Shown piece after piece: positions 23,861 to 37,588 of a stretch of 64,000 nucleotides of DNA (its first letter is position 1; every line of letters starts with the position of its first letter). Location: assembly GCA_907165135.1 (NCBI GenBank), contig OU015567.1, forward strand, positions 5,146,001 through 5,210,000, given 5' to 3'. A model generated the notes under the pieces. The model saw nothing but the letters and a program-made list of their open reading frames with translations, did no database searches and had not been told where the DNA came from. A program made the translations under genes and the position numbers. This DNA is from Oikopleura dioica. Taxonomy: Eukaryota > Animalia > Chordata.

Positions 23861-26800
23861 GTATTTGACTCTTTCTTTTCTTTACTGTAAGACTTACAGT
23901 AAGCTTTTCCCTGAAAATCATTGCATAACAAAAAATAATACAACACGCTACTTTTCGATTATTTTCTTTCATTTTTGAAGGCATGGCATTATGACCTTAC
24001 AAAGATTAAGGGTGGAACTTCCCTTAGTAATCAAAGGCTTCAGCGGTTTGTTCTTTCAAAAACTTGAAAAGGAGAACATGCAAGATAACATCCGAGAAGT
24101 ATTTTACGAATTATTTATTATTCGAGAAATTGAAAGTTGCGACTGTATTTTCAGACTACAGGGACGTGAAAGTAGTTCAAGGATGTGCAGTATTGAAGAG
24201 AACTTTGTTCTTCGATGATTCTTATGATCTCTGCTTCAGAATAATCCCAGTTTCATTCCTTCGCAGGAAACATGTTGCCCATGACCGGCTCTTCGGTTTG
24301 GCGTGGGGATTCTTACTTCTTAGCTAACTTGCGCGTCTTGGCAGTGGTCTCTGAAAAGAAAGGATAAATTTCAAGCGTCTTAGACAAAATTCTCACCTCA
24401 AAAATGCGGGCTTCGGACTCCTAAAAGTTGGAGAACTGACCTGTTCGCGCAATTTAGCCCTGACATCCTGTAAAAATCTAGAGAATCCTTGTTGAAAACG
24501 TCTAGAAAAAATTTTTCTTTTTTCAACTTGAAATTTTCACTATTTTGTTCTAGCGAATTTTCGTCGATTTTGAAACTTTGAAACAATGAAATTGACTTTC
24601 TAAAATTTGAATTCGCAAGAAATCAGATTCTGCTGTGAGCATAAGAAAAAGAGTGGATTCATCTGCGCGAAACTGTAAGAACACGCATACTGTAAAAATG
24701 TGTTGTATTTTCTTTGAACACGAAATATTGACTCGTGCCGGGTGGCTCATTAGAAGCGAAGTGAGAAATTCTTTCATAAGATAATTTCTTAGGAACTCAT
24801 GCTTTAAAAACAACAAAACGCTAAAATTCAAGCCTTTTTCTTTGACCCTATTTCGTCGGAGAGACCTGGAGCGCGATGGAAATTTCTCTAGATGGCTGTT
24901 TTCAACAGAGCGCGCCTTCATTTTTCCTCATTCTTCGGATTTTCCCGGTCCGGCGCAGAGATATTTTGAGGTGAGTTCTTCACGAATTTTATCTATTAAT
25001 TATGATATTGATTAAGAGACCAGAAAAGAAACAGAAGCCGAAAAGTTCTGCTTCGATGTTTGCCTTCCTTCGAAAAAAAAAACGAAGGCAGAGTCGAAGT
25101 TAGTCTATACTACTAGCAACACACTGCTAGAAAAGTAGAGGAAACCACTTTCTGTCCTAACCTGCTTGGTAAAAAAACCAAGGAATCCACCAAAAAGCTG
25201 AAAATACAGTCGCAACTTTCAATAAACTTTTCATCAAAAATCATCGGTGTTTTTCAAAAGTCAGGCGTTCATATGCAGGCAGAAGATCTGAAGCACTAAA
25301 AAAGTCAAAACGAAAAGCCGCAAAGCGGCTTTTTGAATCGAAGCCACAAAGCGGCTTCGCAAGTATTCAAAAAGTCGTTAGTTGAAATGTCAATTTCTCG
25401 AAGGCGCTTTGCGGCTTCTTTTTCAAAAAAAGCCGCTACGCGGCTTTTCGTTTTGACTCATTCAAAGCCTTTCGTAGGTTTCCGAGCCTAGTGTCTAAAT
25501 CGATTAATTAACAAGATAGCTGGTTTCTCCAGAAATTTGAACACTAATTTTTGAGCCAAATCAAAATTGGATCTCTGGTTTTCGCAGGTGTTGAAATACG
25601 TTCACACGTTAAAAAAAAGCTGGTGATTTGCTATTTATCGAATTTTTCTGGTGGTGAGTTTGTGAAAACTCATTCCGTCCTCCTTTGGATTATTTTCTTT
25701 TCGCACTCGATAGCCAGCGCTAGAACAACCAAAAGAAAAATTGAGACAGACTTGGGCCAGCTTGAACCTCAAACGCGCACTCTTCAGACACGAGTTTTTT
25801 AGACTCTTTCAAGCAACTCTCTTCGAGTATCAAAAAAGAGCGATAAACGACCCAAAAAATGAGAGACCGAAATGATATTTGATCAGAAAAGTGCTCTAAT
25901 TGTCCGGAACTCATGACTGCTCATCTAAAAGCTCAATGCTGCCGAAGAGCTATTTTTGAGTCGAAAATGACGTGGCTTTTCTGTGTAGAAAACCCGAGTC
26001 AGGTCCTAAAGAGTAAAAATGATAAGCCGCGTTGCGGCTTTATAAAGAACGAGGCCGCTTGGCGGCTTTTCATTTAGGATTTTGAGACCCTGACTCAGGT
26101 TTTCTTCACAGGCTGTCAAGCGCAGGTACAAGTAAAGTGAGTATATTGAGCTGCAGAATAATGCCCCGGAAGCCCAAGGTTTATCTTGACTAAGCCTTTT
26201 TTCGATCGTGGAGATAATACGTGCGCTGAGTAGAAAACTTCCTTTTGCCCTTTTTCTATCTCTCAAAAATCTACCACAATTTACCAAATATAAAATTCTA
26301 GCACTGAATCTTCCGCTTTTTTTTTTTGAAATTTTTTTCGTTAATTTGAGGGATGAAATTTGTCATCGAGAAGTGGCGAGTCAAGCAAAGAAATTAGCTT
26401 GAGGAGCAAATGGCGAAATCCGCTTTTTTAAATCCGAGATTATCGCGCGGCGAAAGAAGTGAGATGACGAAGACGGATTTTCACTAATGATGAGTTCGAG
26501 TCGAAGAATCATCAAGTGCTCACGGATTTGCTACTTTTTTTCTTTTATTTGGAGATTAAGCAAACTAGAACTCTAGTAGAACTCGTCCTTCTGGGATCAA
26601 AAATCTTTCTCAAAAGCATGAGTCAGGGTCCGTAAAGGTCATGATATAAGCCGCGTAGCGGCTTTTTGTAAATCAAAGCCGCGCGGCGGCTTTTCAAGTA
26701 TTTTAAATCAAATTCAAATATTGATTTTGGCGAAGCTTTTCAATGAAACTTGACTTAAGGACCCTGACTCAGGTTTTCTACACAGATTGACAAACTCAGA

Positions 26801-27813
26801 CTTTCTATTTTACCTAAGTTTATTCTTCGTTTCATCCTTTTCAGGTCGAGTCAACATGAAATATTTTCTTACACTTTTTCTTATCGCTCCAAAAATTGAA
26901 ATTAAAGTTTGAAATTGAGTATAAGTTATACTGTATAACCGAGATATCTTTAAAACAACATTTTTATTTGACGACAGTTAGAGTGTTCTAAAATTTCTTG
27001 ATAACGTTAGCAATTTAAAAGCGAAACTACTTGAACTTGTCGATTATTAAAAGATTATCGATAATTATTAGTTGTTGGCTAGAATTTTTGAACCTCTGGG
27101 GCTCACGCGAAAACGTGACTTTTGATAATCCATGTATGTAAGAACGTGGATAATTACATTATTGTCGAGGTACGAGCTGTTGACGAAATATATAAGCGGA
27201 AAAAACGAATCGTGAAAACGATCGTTCCGAATAGAATATACAACCCTAGCGTGATGCTTGCAGGTTGCAACGTGTTTCGAAGCGAAAATAACTGATAAAA
27301 ATTTGTCGACAAATTTTCAGCAAATAGTAGTTTATTTTTTGTCCTCGCTAGGCGGCTTTTGATTAAGGATCTTTGAAACCCTGACTCAGGTTTTTCGCAG
27401 CCTTCCAAGGCCAGACTAGTACTATCGCTAAACAAAAAATGCTTTTCCGGGCAAAATTTAGGATCTTTTCCTATGACCCGATTTCTTGTCTTTTGCGGCG
27501 ATAAAGAGTAATTAACAGGATAGAACCGGCTTAAGGATCGTTGCCACGCATTTCTAAATCACGTTTAAATGATGGCGTGGCACATCTTTTAACGTCAGCT
27601 GCGGCGTAAATTTGAATCGAGTCAATTATCATTCCTTTTATTAGATTTTTCTCAAGTCCATAAAAACAGAATCATAATCAGAATAATAATATTGCAGCCT
27701 GACTTTCGTCTAAATAATTGAAAATAAATAATGCGAATCACAATTTTTGTAGTTTTTATGAAAATCCGCCTGACTCAGTTTTTCTAGACAGGTTTTGCCC
27801 CGATAAGCATATT

Positions 27814-28217
27814 TAAAATAGGTGGTGGTCTAAACTTTGAAGTTCTTACGTGCGATAAGAACTTCGTGTGGCCTAAACTTTGATCGTTCCCATGTGCGAT
27901 TCTTTGAGAAAGTGGCCTAAGCTTTGAATTTCCCCGGAGGCGGTTCTGCCATCGGTGACTAGAGCACCGCCCGCTAAGGCCACTACGCTTTATGCAGACC
28001 AATAAGGTTTACGTTTTTCATTCAAGGTGATGACACACATAGAACTAGTCAGAGCGCCTCAGGGGAAATTCAAAGTTTAGACCACTTTCACACATAGGAA
28101 GAATCAAAGTTTAGGCCACTTTCTCAAAGAATCGCACATGGGAACGATCAAAGTTTAGGCCACACGAAGTTCTTATCGCACGTAAGAACTTCAAAGTTTA
28201 GACCACCACCTATTTTA
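27814..28217. mobile_element. Young foldback/MITE with about 110-bp near-perfect terminal inverted repeats and GTGGYCTAAACTTTGA subterminal repeats
   Basis: 27814 to about 27920 is the reverse complement of about 28110 to 28217. There are three 16-bp units on the left arm and four on the right. Confidence 0.85.
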
Positions 28218-30261
28218 TCTTTAAAATTTCAAGTCACGAGCTGTGAAAAATTTACTTTTTTAGCACTCAAAAACGTTCGCGAAAATGTTTCCACGATCAT
28301 GGTCAAATTTTGACCAACAAAAGCGCTAGTGGTACTTGAAGTCAGAAAAGTTGGAAAGAACAGTTTTGAGTACCACAGTCTGCAGTTTTGTGATTCTTCG
28401 TTTAGAGAAGAATTTTGAACTTGAATTTGAAAAAGCTCCCTTTTATCGAAATTCTTCGCGTAAGAAAGTTTGTTCAGAAAACGCGCTCTACTTGAGATTG
28501 AATTTGCGTTATTTTCTCAGGAGGGAGAAAAGAGGATTATTCTTTCCAGGATTTTCGAAAGGTTACAAACGAATCGAACGTGAGGAGACAGTAACTCGAA
28601 TTTGGCAAAATATTCGGTCAAATTTGTCGCTATTTTTTGTCGATTTTTCAGATAAAAAAAACGATTTTTTAAATATTTTTTGTTGGAATTTTCATCATCT
28701 TTATTCCGTATTATTTCAATTTTTATCAACCCATAGACATAAACAAGTTACGTGGCCATACCCTTAAGAATTTGTCATCTCATGTTTATAAAAAATACCT
28801 CGTGCTATTTTTCATGTCACAATATTTACGACTTACAAACTCCAAATTCCCGAATTCGTCCGCGTTTTACAAAAAAGCGGGACAGGAGGAGGTAATTATT
28901 AGGAAAGAGTAAACAGAGCTTGATAAATCTAACTAACACGTGTCAAGTCGATTATGACGGTTGATTATCTGATTACGAGACAGTCTGAGGATTTTTGAAT
29001 ACGCGATTGAATTTGCGGCCTTGCTTCGAAAACAGTAGGAAATTCCTTTCTAAACACGAATTTTTTCCGCTCTAGGTGGATTTTGTTTTGACTCTTTGCT
29101 TCCTTAGGTCTTTCCAATTGAAGTTGTTTACCAAAACCTATTAAAAAAATGAGTCCGAAAGACCTTAAAAAGACCCTTTTAAAATATAAGCGCTCAGACT
29201 TGATGCAGCTCTAATATGCGCGACGTGCTAAGTGACTATAAACAGCCCTAGAACATCGTTCGCGGAAAAGTTGCGCGGCAAGAAAAAGGACGATGTGAAG
29301 AGGAGTGAGCTAACTTGAACATGGCCGAATAACCAAACGAAAGATATTCCGTTGAACTTGAAAATCTCACGTTAGAAAACCTCTTTATCCGGCCAAATCC
29401 GCCGGTGAAATTCTCTCCAAGCGCGTCGTAAAAGACACGGGCTCAACTCAAGTAAAAAAAATATGAGATAACCTCTTTACGAAAAGCAAAATAAATCAAA
29501 TCGCCTCAAAATAAAAATCATCCACGTGTCTGTAATCATAAATATTGTCGACTGATGATACTTGATTTTGACTCGAAATTGCAAAAATTTTAAACGAAAG
29601 TTTGGTGGAAAAAAGCGATTTCTAAAACCGTTTTTCGCTTTTATCCATTATCGCAACCATCCATTATCCTATTTATTATGCGTGTATTTAGGTTTGTAAG
29701 TGTCCTGTGAGCAGCAATTTCAAATCCAGAACTCGAGCTCTTTTTTTGGTAATCTTTCAATTTTGAGGAGCTCACGTTCGTGTGCTTCGATTTTTGCTCA
29801 ATTTCGAGTCGAAAATTCAAAATGGCTAGTATAGAAAAGAGCAGTTATGCAAGGTCGAAAGCGGATAATCCAGCGAAAACAAGCTCTACACAGAAATTGA
29901 ACACATTTTGCGGCTTTTTCGAAGATCCGCATTTTCGAATCGTCTTGACAAATCCTCAGAAGATCAACGATTAGAAACTTAGCAAAAAATCGCGAAGTTG
30001 GAAAAAAAAAGTTTCATTAAGCTAATCTGCAAAAAATCCTTCTCAGGATTCTTGAGATGTAGAATTCCACGAACACGTCAGTCTAAAACTCCTATCAGAA
30101 GACATTTACTGTGCATAGTTTTGCGATTCTAGCGCGAAGAAAAATGAGGAATTTTTCATTATCAGCGTCGGGAAAAATTTTCTCAAGCTGATTTCCGGAA
30201 TCATGAGTTGTCACGATTTCTTGATTTTTGAGTTTTCAAAGAAAAAATTGTGTCAGGGTCC

Positions 30262-30929
30262 TTAAGGAGGGGGTCGACGAGAAAAATTTTTTCGTTCTTT
30301 CAAAATTTCGATTATATTTTTGAATACATTAATAAAAAAGGAACATTTTTGGTCCCCAGCTTTTTGCGCATTTGTTAACTTTTTTTAAGAAAATTTTCGA
30401 TTTTCTGTCCGAAATCCGAGATTTTTCGAAAGTTAAAAGTTAGTTTTTTCGCTCAAAAACAATTTTCATCCAAATTTTTTTTGCAAGATATTGTTTTTTA
30501 ATGGTATCTTAATCATTATCAATAAAAGAATCCAAGTCTCCACGACTTTGGTAAAATTCTCTATGAAAAATGGGTAAAAATGACGATTTTGACGAAAATC
30601 GAATATTTTTAATCAATAAGAAAAATTTTTTTATGATAGTAACCCTTAATTTTTTGATCGCCGGTTAATTTTTAAGGGTCTAAATTATTTATTAATTATA
30701 TTTGATAAAGAAAAAAAAACTCGGTTTTCGAGATTTTTTGGTCACGAGACACCCCCACTTCAACCCTTATTTTTGAAAAATTTATCAAAAAAAATTTTTT
30801 TCTGCTTTTTGCCGGTTAATTTTTCAAACCCTTTTCTTTAAATCTGAAAAGTCAGAATTTTCCTATCTAATCGGGTTTCTCCGCATTTTTGGTCACGGAA
30901 ATCCCGATTCTCGTCGACCTCCCCCTTAA
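30262..30929. mobile_element. TTAA-flanked, GG-terminated non-autonomous element (Kolobok-like)
   Basis: TTAA|GGAGGGGGTCGACGAGA ... TCTCGTCGACCTCCCCC|TTAA. Confidence 0.65.
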
Positions 30930-31643
30930 ACTGAGCTTTGTCACAAAGCGAAGAGAACCTGAGTCAGGGTCTGAAAGATCTTTGAGTAAAAGCCGCGTTG
31001 CGGCTTTTTTTTTTCGAACAAAGCTGCAAAAAAACAATTTTTCCTTGTGGCTTTGCTTTTTCATTAAAGATTTCTCAGACCCTGACTCAGGTTTTCAGAA
31101 AAACCAGAGCTCATGACAACTCATGATTTATGAGTCAATAATTAAGCATACAGGCTCGGAAAACTGTGTTGAAAACCTGAGTTAGGGTCTGAGTAATCTT
31201 AAATGAAAAGACCCTTACTCAGGTTTTGAATACAGTTTGCCGAGCCTGAATGCCGAATTATTGAGTCATAAATCATGAGTTGTCACGAGTTCGGGTTCTT
31301 CTTAAAATCGACTGAGAATCTGCTAAAAGGAGCATTTTAAAATCTATAATTACGTCAAAAAACGTAAACAGCTCAAGCAAAACTGCTTGAGTAAAAATGT
31401 GCGTCTTCGTAGTAGCTTCGTGAGTTTACCCAGATGGCTTGGTTTGAACTTCATGTCTTGCAACCGCGAAGCCATGTTGCAGATTTTCATTTGGACGTCA
31501 GTTTTACTCTTTCCTTTCCGGGTAAGGCCTAAGTGAGATGACTGATTTCCTGTGCTTTAGAATGCTCTGTTAAAAACGAGGATGAAAAAGGGCATCCCCT
31601 TTTTTGGTACTTCGGTGTGCCCAAATTGCGTGGGCGCCATCAG

Positions 31644-31725
31644 GACTGGATGGCCGAGCGGTCTAAGGCGTTGGATTAAGGCTCCAATCTCTTCGGGGGC
31701 GTGGGTTCGAATCCCACTTCAGTCA
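31644..31725 (+). tRNA. tRNA-Leu(AAG)
   Basis: 82-nt cloverleaf with acceptor GACTGGA/TTCAGTC, D arm GCCGAGCGGTCTAAGGC, anticodon stem TTGGA-TTAAGGC-TCCAA, long variable arm, GGTTCGAATCC T loop, and an oligo-T terminator 3 nt downstream. Confidence 0.97.
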
Positions 31726-31937
31726 AACCTTTTTTCAAATTCCTCGGTCAACACAGAATGCAGCTGTCAATCAAAGATAACTCACCGGACGCAATAAAAA
31801 CTACTTTTTGGCTCAAAAAATCCAACTGAGGAGAAGGTCACCAGACAAGACACTGTCACTTTGACCTTTTTATTAGTAACAAAAAGCTGGAGCTTCCGAC
31901 TTTCAGTCGACTCATTCACTTTTATTCACGGAGAGAA

Positions 31938-32430
31938 AATGAACGCGGCAATAACACAAATGTTCGAGCAAATTAAGGATATGGGCTGCGAAGAGGCTCA
32001 GGAGTGGATGACCTGGGTGGAAGATTCAAGTATTTGGATGATTATTTTAAATTTCGAAATTGTATTTTTCGTAGATGCATTTTCCTGCTCTTGGTTGGAC
32101 AACAGCAACAAGGATCTGATCAAAGAAAAGTTCGCCTGCTACTCCAAAGGATGCGATGTCGTTAGTAACTATCAACACGACCAAACAAATTAAAATAAAA
32201 CTCTTTCAGAACATTTGCGGTATTTACGCAAGAAATTACTACTCAAGTTATTTTTCCACAACCACTGCTACCACAACTACTACGACCACCACAACCTCTA
32301 CCGCGCCAACAACAACCACGACGGCGAAACGAACAACGACAAGAGTTACTCTGAAAGCAACTGGCTCCGCTCAGACATCTTCGTTTTCCCTCATTTTTCT
32401 TCTCTTTATCTTCCTTTTCTTCAAAAATAA
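31938..32430 (+). CDS. Mucin-like Thr-rich, probably GPI-anchored protein (5' end unresolved)
   Basis: Three exons join in frame through short GT-AG introns: a Cys-containing domain, a TTTATTTTTTTTTSTAPTTTTT stalk, and a C-terminal GSAQTSSFSLIFLLFIFLFF tail. Confidence 0.65.
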
Positions 32431-32804
32431 ATAAACTTACTACCGTAAAATCAATAATACGACGATTAACAGACGTCTAACGGAAGAAACCGTCACTTGA
32501 GTGACTTGAGAGAGCTTTAAAAACTCGACTTTTGTCATCTTTGCCATTTGAAATCGATGAACTTTTTGGCTTTGATTCTTGCCTTGAATGTTTTTTTCTT
32601 TAAAAATTAGCATAGATTTTGTTGAGCTAGAAACATCACGTTTTTATCCGGACAAAAATGCTTCCGGTGCATAAATACTAGCGAGTTTTTTCTAGCAGGA
32701 CTCTTAAAAACCTCAAATCCTTGTCAGGCTGACTTACAGTATCCAATCTCATTAAAATTCGGAAATGGTCGGTTTCGTTTAGAGCTTTTTAGGGTAAGAT
32801 TTGG

Positions 32805-32960
32805 TCTCGCAAACCTGTGTAAAAACCCTGAGTCACGTTTTGAAGAGTTTTAATTAAAAGCCGCGTATCGGCTTTTTTTAAATATAAAGCCGCACAGCGG
32901 CTTTTAATTTTAGCCTTTCAAAACCTGAGTCAGGTTTTTCACACAGGTTTTTGAGCCAAA
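32805..32960. mobile_element. CCTGAGTCAGG-family MITE (further copies at about 25981-26112, 26610-26790, 30957-31250, 33332-33502, 35905-35980, 36952-37135, 51512-51595, 54466-54698, 57013-57220, 57865-57995)
   Basis: The same arm (AACCTGTGTAGAAAACCTGAGTCAGG) and internal AAAAGCCGC/GCGGCTTTT hairpins recur at each listed site. Confidence 0.85.
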
Positions 32961-33753
32961 AATCGATGGCTTTGAAATCACGCGAAAAAGTTTACTTTTG
33001 ATCCGAATCAACTCGCTTTAATTTCGAGTTTGAAGAGAAACGTGAAAAAGTTACGATTTCTTCGTGTTAAATGGTTTATCTCAAGCGCACTCGAAAATCA
33101 AGCGAAAAAAGATTGATAAAGTTGGAAGCTGGAGTTGGTTTGTGTGAGTTAGTAAGTGATCCGGGCCGCAAATAAAAACCGAAGAAACGTGAGTATCACG
33201 ATTTGAGAATGCGGCGTTCTTGAGGACTGGTGAGTTGGCGATGGTGGTTTCTAAAGGAGTCGAAAAGGAGCACTCAAGATTGTGATTTTGAATCACGATT
33301 TTTCGGATTCAGCGGAAAAGTATCATAGACTGAGCTCGGCAACCGGTGTTGAAAACCTGAGTCAGATTTTGAAAAGCTGAAATGAAAAGCCGCGTAGCGG
33401 CTTTTTTTACGACGAAGCCGCAAAGTTTGGATTGATTGTTTGGTTTCCATTTCGGCTCCTCATAACATGACTCAGGTTTTTCTACACAGGTTTTCGAGCC
33501 CTGTTCGAGGCTGTTGAAATGCCTGTAGTGAACCTCGAGTACACAGTGTAGTGGTATCTCAAGGAGGACCTGTATTTCTACTTATGAAAACTGGCTCAAC
33601 TTCGATTGGATAATTATCACCGACAGAAAATTTCAAGATCAAGATGTGAGGGCTCAAGTTTTTGGGTGAAAATTCGCTGTTCTCGAAATTTTCACTAAAA
33701 TCGACATGTTTATTAGACCTGCCCTTAATTATTGAACTTCTAGAGAAGGCGGA

Positions 33754-34050
33754 TTATCCATGTAATTCTGACAAGTAGTCCCCTAGAAGCCAGGCGAGAG
33801 GCGCTAGAATGCACAGTAAGATAACAGTAATGATCAATCCGCTTTTTCTTCTCGAGCTCAACAATTTTTCCTCCCTCGATTCATTTTTCCCATATTTTTT
33901 TATCTCTTTGATTTCCTCGATCGACCAGCCGGTCGTTTGCGAAATCAGCTGATCCTCAATTTTCGTCTCTTTGTACAATCGATCGTCAGAAACTGGCATT
34001 TTCTGGCTCATCGAGTCGAACATTTTCCAACGTGCTTTCAAATTCATCAA
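33754..34050 (-). CDS. Possible tail-anchored membrane protein exon
   Basis: 98-aa ORF with a charged body and a C-terminal hydrophobic helix GLIITVILLCILAPLAWLL. No homology recognised. Confidence 0.3.
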   Translation of the reverse strand: MMNLKARWKMFDSMSQKMPVSDDRLYKETKIEDQLISQTTGWSIEEIKEIKKYGKNESREEKLLSSRRKSGLIITVILLCILAPLAWLLGDYLSELHG

Positions 34051-37000
34051 ACGAAACTCGCGGATGTTTTCCTTTCGCTGAAAAAATGTTCAATTTCCAG
34101 ACCACGTAAAAGAGGTAAAAGCTACTGTCAAGTTCTACTCCGGAAAGAGACAAAATAACACGATCAAAGCGCTTTTTGAAAGATAACGCGAAAAAGTTCG
34201 TAACCGCGAAATTTTTATATGAACGCTTCTGCGCTTTAGTAAACCTATTAAATCCACGTCAAGATACGTTTTCTGAAATTTGATTGGCGAAGAGGCCGAA
34301 TGGACAAATTTCATTCGTCGAAAATTCGACTCAAAAAAGAGTATTTTGTACCTGGTAATTGAGAATCCACGTGACAAGTCTTGCATTTTGTTTCTCTTTC
34401 TTTGAGCTAATTGCTGAGCAGTTGGCACAGTAAGAACTTACTGTACCGGTAGTGTTGGGAAGAAATATTGTTTTATTCATATTTTTTGAATGAAAAGTGT
34501 AGAATATACGGCTGCTTTTAAAAGAAAGAGAGAACGACTAATCTGCGTCAAAGTCAAGTTTAACTTCGGTTAAAGAAAGTCTTTACAAGCCGCCGGCACG
34601 ATTTAAGACTGTTATAAAAGAGGGGAATGGGCTTTATGACAGGCGAAAATGAGTTGGTCGGATTTACAGTGATTCTTCTTCAGGAAGAATTTCAAAACTA
34701 ATTGTTCAATTCTTATTTTTGGAGAAAATTATTCATGGAATGGAAATCAATCGGATAACTTTTTTCTTCGAATTCAAGACGTAATTGCAGATTAAGGGTG
34801 TTTGGAAGTTTACCTATCGTCAGAAAGCTTCTTAATATCTGCTGATCAAAAACAGATTTCTTGCCCGTTTTGGATGGTATCAATAAACATACGGCTTTCT
34901 GATCCATCACGTTCAACGGACCTTTGCGTTCCTCCATCCTCTCCAAAATCAATCTGGCCATCAGCTGAGCGGCGCGAAACTTGTGTCATTCAAATTTTCT
35001 CAAGTGGCAAGGTTGCAAAATTTTCCGAAGCAGTTTTTTGCAACTGCAACAACAACCAATGTGCTCATTTTCGAAGCGCTCCGCTGCTCTAGAAATATTA
35101 GACAACTCCAAAATTCAGCTTGATGGATTGAAGAAGAGGGGGACTTTACTTTGCACTTTTTGTATTAATTTTAGGTCGAATGTCGCTGAATGTCCACGAA
35201 TGTCGCTGAATGTGGCCAAATGTCCTTAAATGTCGAGTAATGCCGACGACTGTTGGGAAAAAACCATCTTCCGAAAACCAAAAGTAAATCTATTGGCAAT
35301 ATTGAGCGATATTCGGCGTCATTCGTGGACAAAACCAGGGCGCCCGAATGTTTAAAGGTGTTCTTGTCTGGATGATATATTTTTTAAAAGAAGATTGAAT
35401 TGAGAACGTGGACGAAGTTTGTGTTCTTTTTCATATCTCCATTTTTCTGTGCAAATAATTCAAATCGAAAAGAAAAAAAAATGCTTCGAAATCACATTTG
35501 TCGGTCAGCGGTTGCGCGGTTTTCCGATTTTTTCAAACATTTCCAGACTCGGGCTTTGTGATAAGCTTAGCCGACCACACGAGTCTACTCTGTTATCGCG
35601 TCATGTTCACGTTTGAATGGTTTTGGTCAATCAAAGATTTATTTCGGCGGTGTTCGTAATTCATTCTTTATCGGCATTTTGAGGCAGATAAAAATGGTTT
35701 GAAGCGCAGATGAAAATGTAAATGTTCAAATAAAAATTATATCAAAGTAAGGGGAAAAAGAGGAGGACAGTTCAACTGTCCACCAATGTCACACCAATGG
35801 TGGGGGTGGGTTTACTTGGTTTTGATTGGCTGAAGAAAAAATACTGGCGTTTGATTTGTTGAGACGACCATAAACCCCACTCATAAAGCTAACCATTCGG
35901 TAACCTGTAAAGAAAACCTGAGTCAGGGTCTGAGAATTTTTGAAGAAAAATCCAAACCCTGACTCAGGTTTTCACCACAGAATGATGATAAGAAACAGGT
36001 TACATTAATTCTGAACAGACTTCTTTGGTTATCCCCGTGTCCCTTGAATTTCACCCGCAGTTAACCCCCTGCATTATGGAGGTTAATTTTGAGATCACTA
36101 ACGGAACAGTCTAACGATTGATGACAATTTCTAACGCTCCCTGAGCTCAAAATAACCACTCTTCTTCAAACCTTTTTCTCAAAAGAAAACTAGACTTTTC
36201 ATCAAAGCTGATGATTTTTCGAAGAATGGAGATATTTTTTGATAATATTTAATCATCAATTTACAAGGTTAATTTCTTGTTATTCTTTATTACAGAAGAT
36301 TTCGGGAAAATTTTGATGTTGACACGTGAGATTCTTGCTTTGAGTTGATTAGTTGTTGAACACTTTCGATTTCGTGAACAGGAAAAAAAGGGAAAAATAT
36401 AGAGTCACGAGGGTGCCAACTGTGCCGAGGACAATGATTGTCGTTCTTCTTTGATTTCTTTTATAACTTTTTGGAGCTTCAAAATCTTAAATCTGAGAAA
36501 CTGAATATTTCCCCGAAAGAAAGTTTTGCAACGTTTCCTATGTACCCAAAGCTGGCATTTTGTTCACAAACCAAAAATGAAACCCTAAGTTTTGATTTGC
36601 AACAATCAACGTTTTTTTTTTCTCTGTATTTTTTAACTGAGAATTTTTTATAACTGGAAATATCATTTTAGAGCTCTTTCTCTTTTATTGCTCTGAAATT
36701 TTTCCGTCATTTTTCGTTTTTTTTTTCGCAGAAAAAATTCAGAATAAAAAGTCGGGTGTGTGTACTCAAATCGGAAGCCGAATAGACACGGCTTGTCGTT
36801 TTATCAAGTCAATCGAGCAGCTTTTAGGAGATACCAGTTTTTCGAGTGTTTGGTTAGTTGAGCCCAAGAGGTAATGCTCTGTGAATTTGGATCTTTTATG
36901 AACTTCCTTTTGCCCTTCTTTTTGAGCTCCAAATGATTTTGGAATAATCATGGGCTCGAAAACCTGTTTGAAAAACCTGAGTCAGGTTTTGAATGAACTG

Positions 37001-37506
37001 AAATGAAAAGCCGCGTAGCGGCTTTTTTATAAACGAAGCCGCAAAGCGGCTTGGCCAAAATTTTGAGAAAAGTAAAACTGATAATTTGAGAAGCCGCTCA
37101 GCGGCTTTTTTCAGAAAACCGCTACGCGGCTTTACATTTCAGCTTATTAAGAGTCTGACACAGATTTTGACCGAGATATTTTTTTCTTAAAAATATTCGC
37201 GAAATTTTTGCATATTCTAAAAAATAGATTTTTTTTCTAAAAAAGCACCCGGATTTTTTGAATGTCAAATTGTCAACTTGAAGCTGTTGGAATTTTCGGT
37301 CGGTTGACGTAAGATCCAAGTTCTTACAAAAACAAACTGCGTGTTCGGAGAAAGTGGACGAAGCTGGTGATTTTGGGGATGAAACTTTGATATCTTGGAC
37401 GGAAGGAATCTTTAGAGCAAATGATGTTTTGACGAGGGCTTGATGTAATTACGCGTATAGCAACGGAGAAAAACACGATGTAGCTTTTTAGAAACGGAAA
37501 AAGGTT

Positions 37507-37588
37507 TGACTGAAGTGGGATTCGAACCCACGCCCCCGAAGAGATTGGAGCCTTAATCCAACGCCTTAGACCGCTCGGCCATCCAGTC
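37507..37588 (-). tRNA. tRNA-Leu(AAG)
   Basis: Reverse complement of the 31644-31725 tRNA, with an oligo-T terminator. Confidence 0.97.

Noticed and set aside
27819-28212. CRISPR-like repeat-spacer array (16-bp repeats, 25-28 nt spacers)
   Set aside because: The spacers are mirrored in the opposite arm, there are only 3-4 units per arm, there are no cas genes and the context is eukaryotic. It is a foldback transposon.
28336-28767. 143-aa ORF
   Set aside because: TTG start, F/K/R/N-rich composition typical of AT-rich non-coding DNA, no motifs or splice support.
34713-35100. Coding exon MARLILERMEERKG...
   Set aside because: Protein-like 82-aa ORF, but no start, splice partner or family could be supported. 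Left unannotated rather than excluded.
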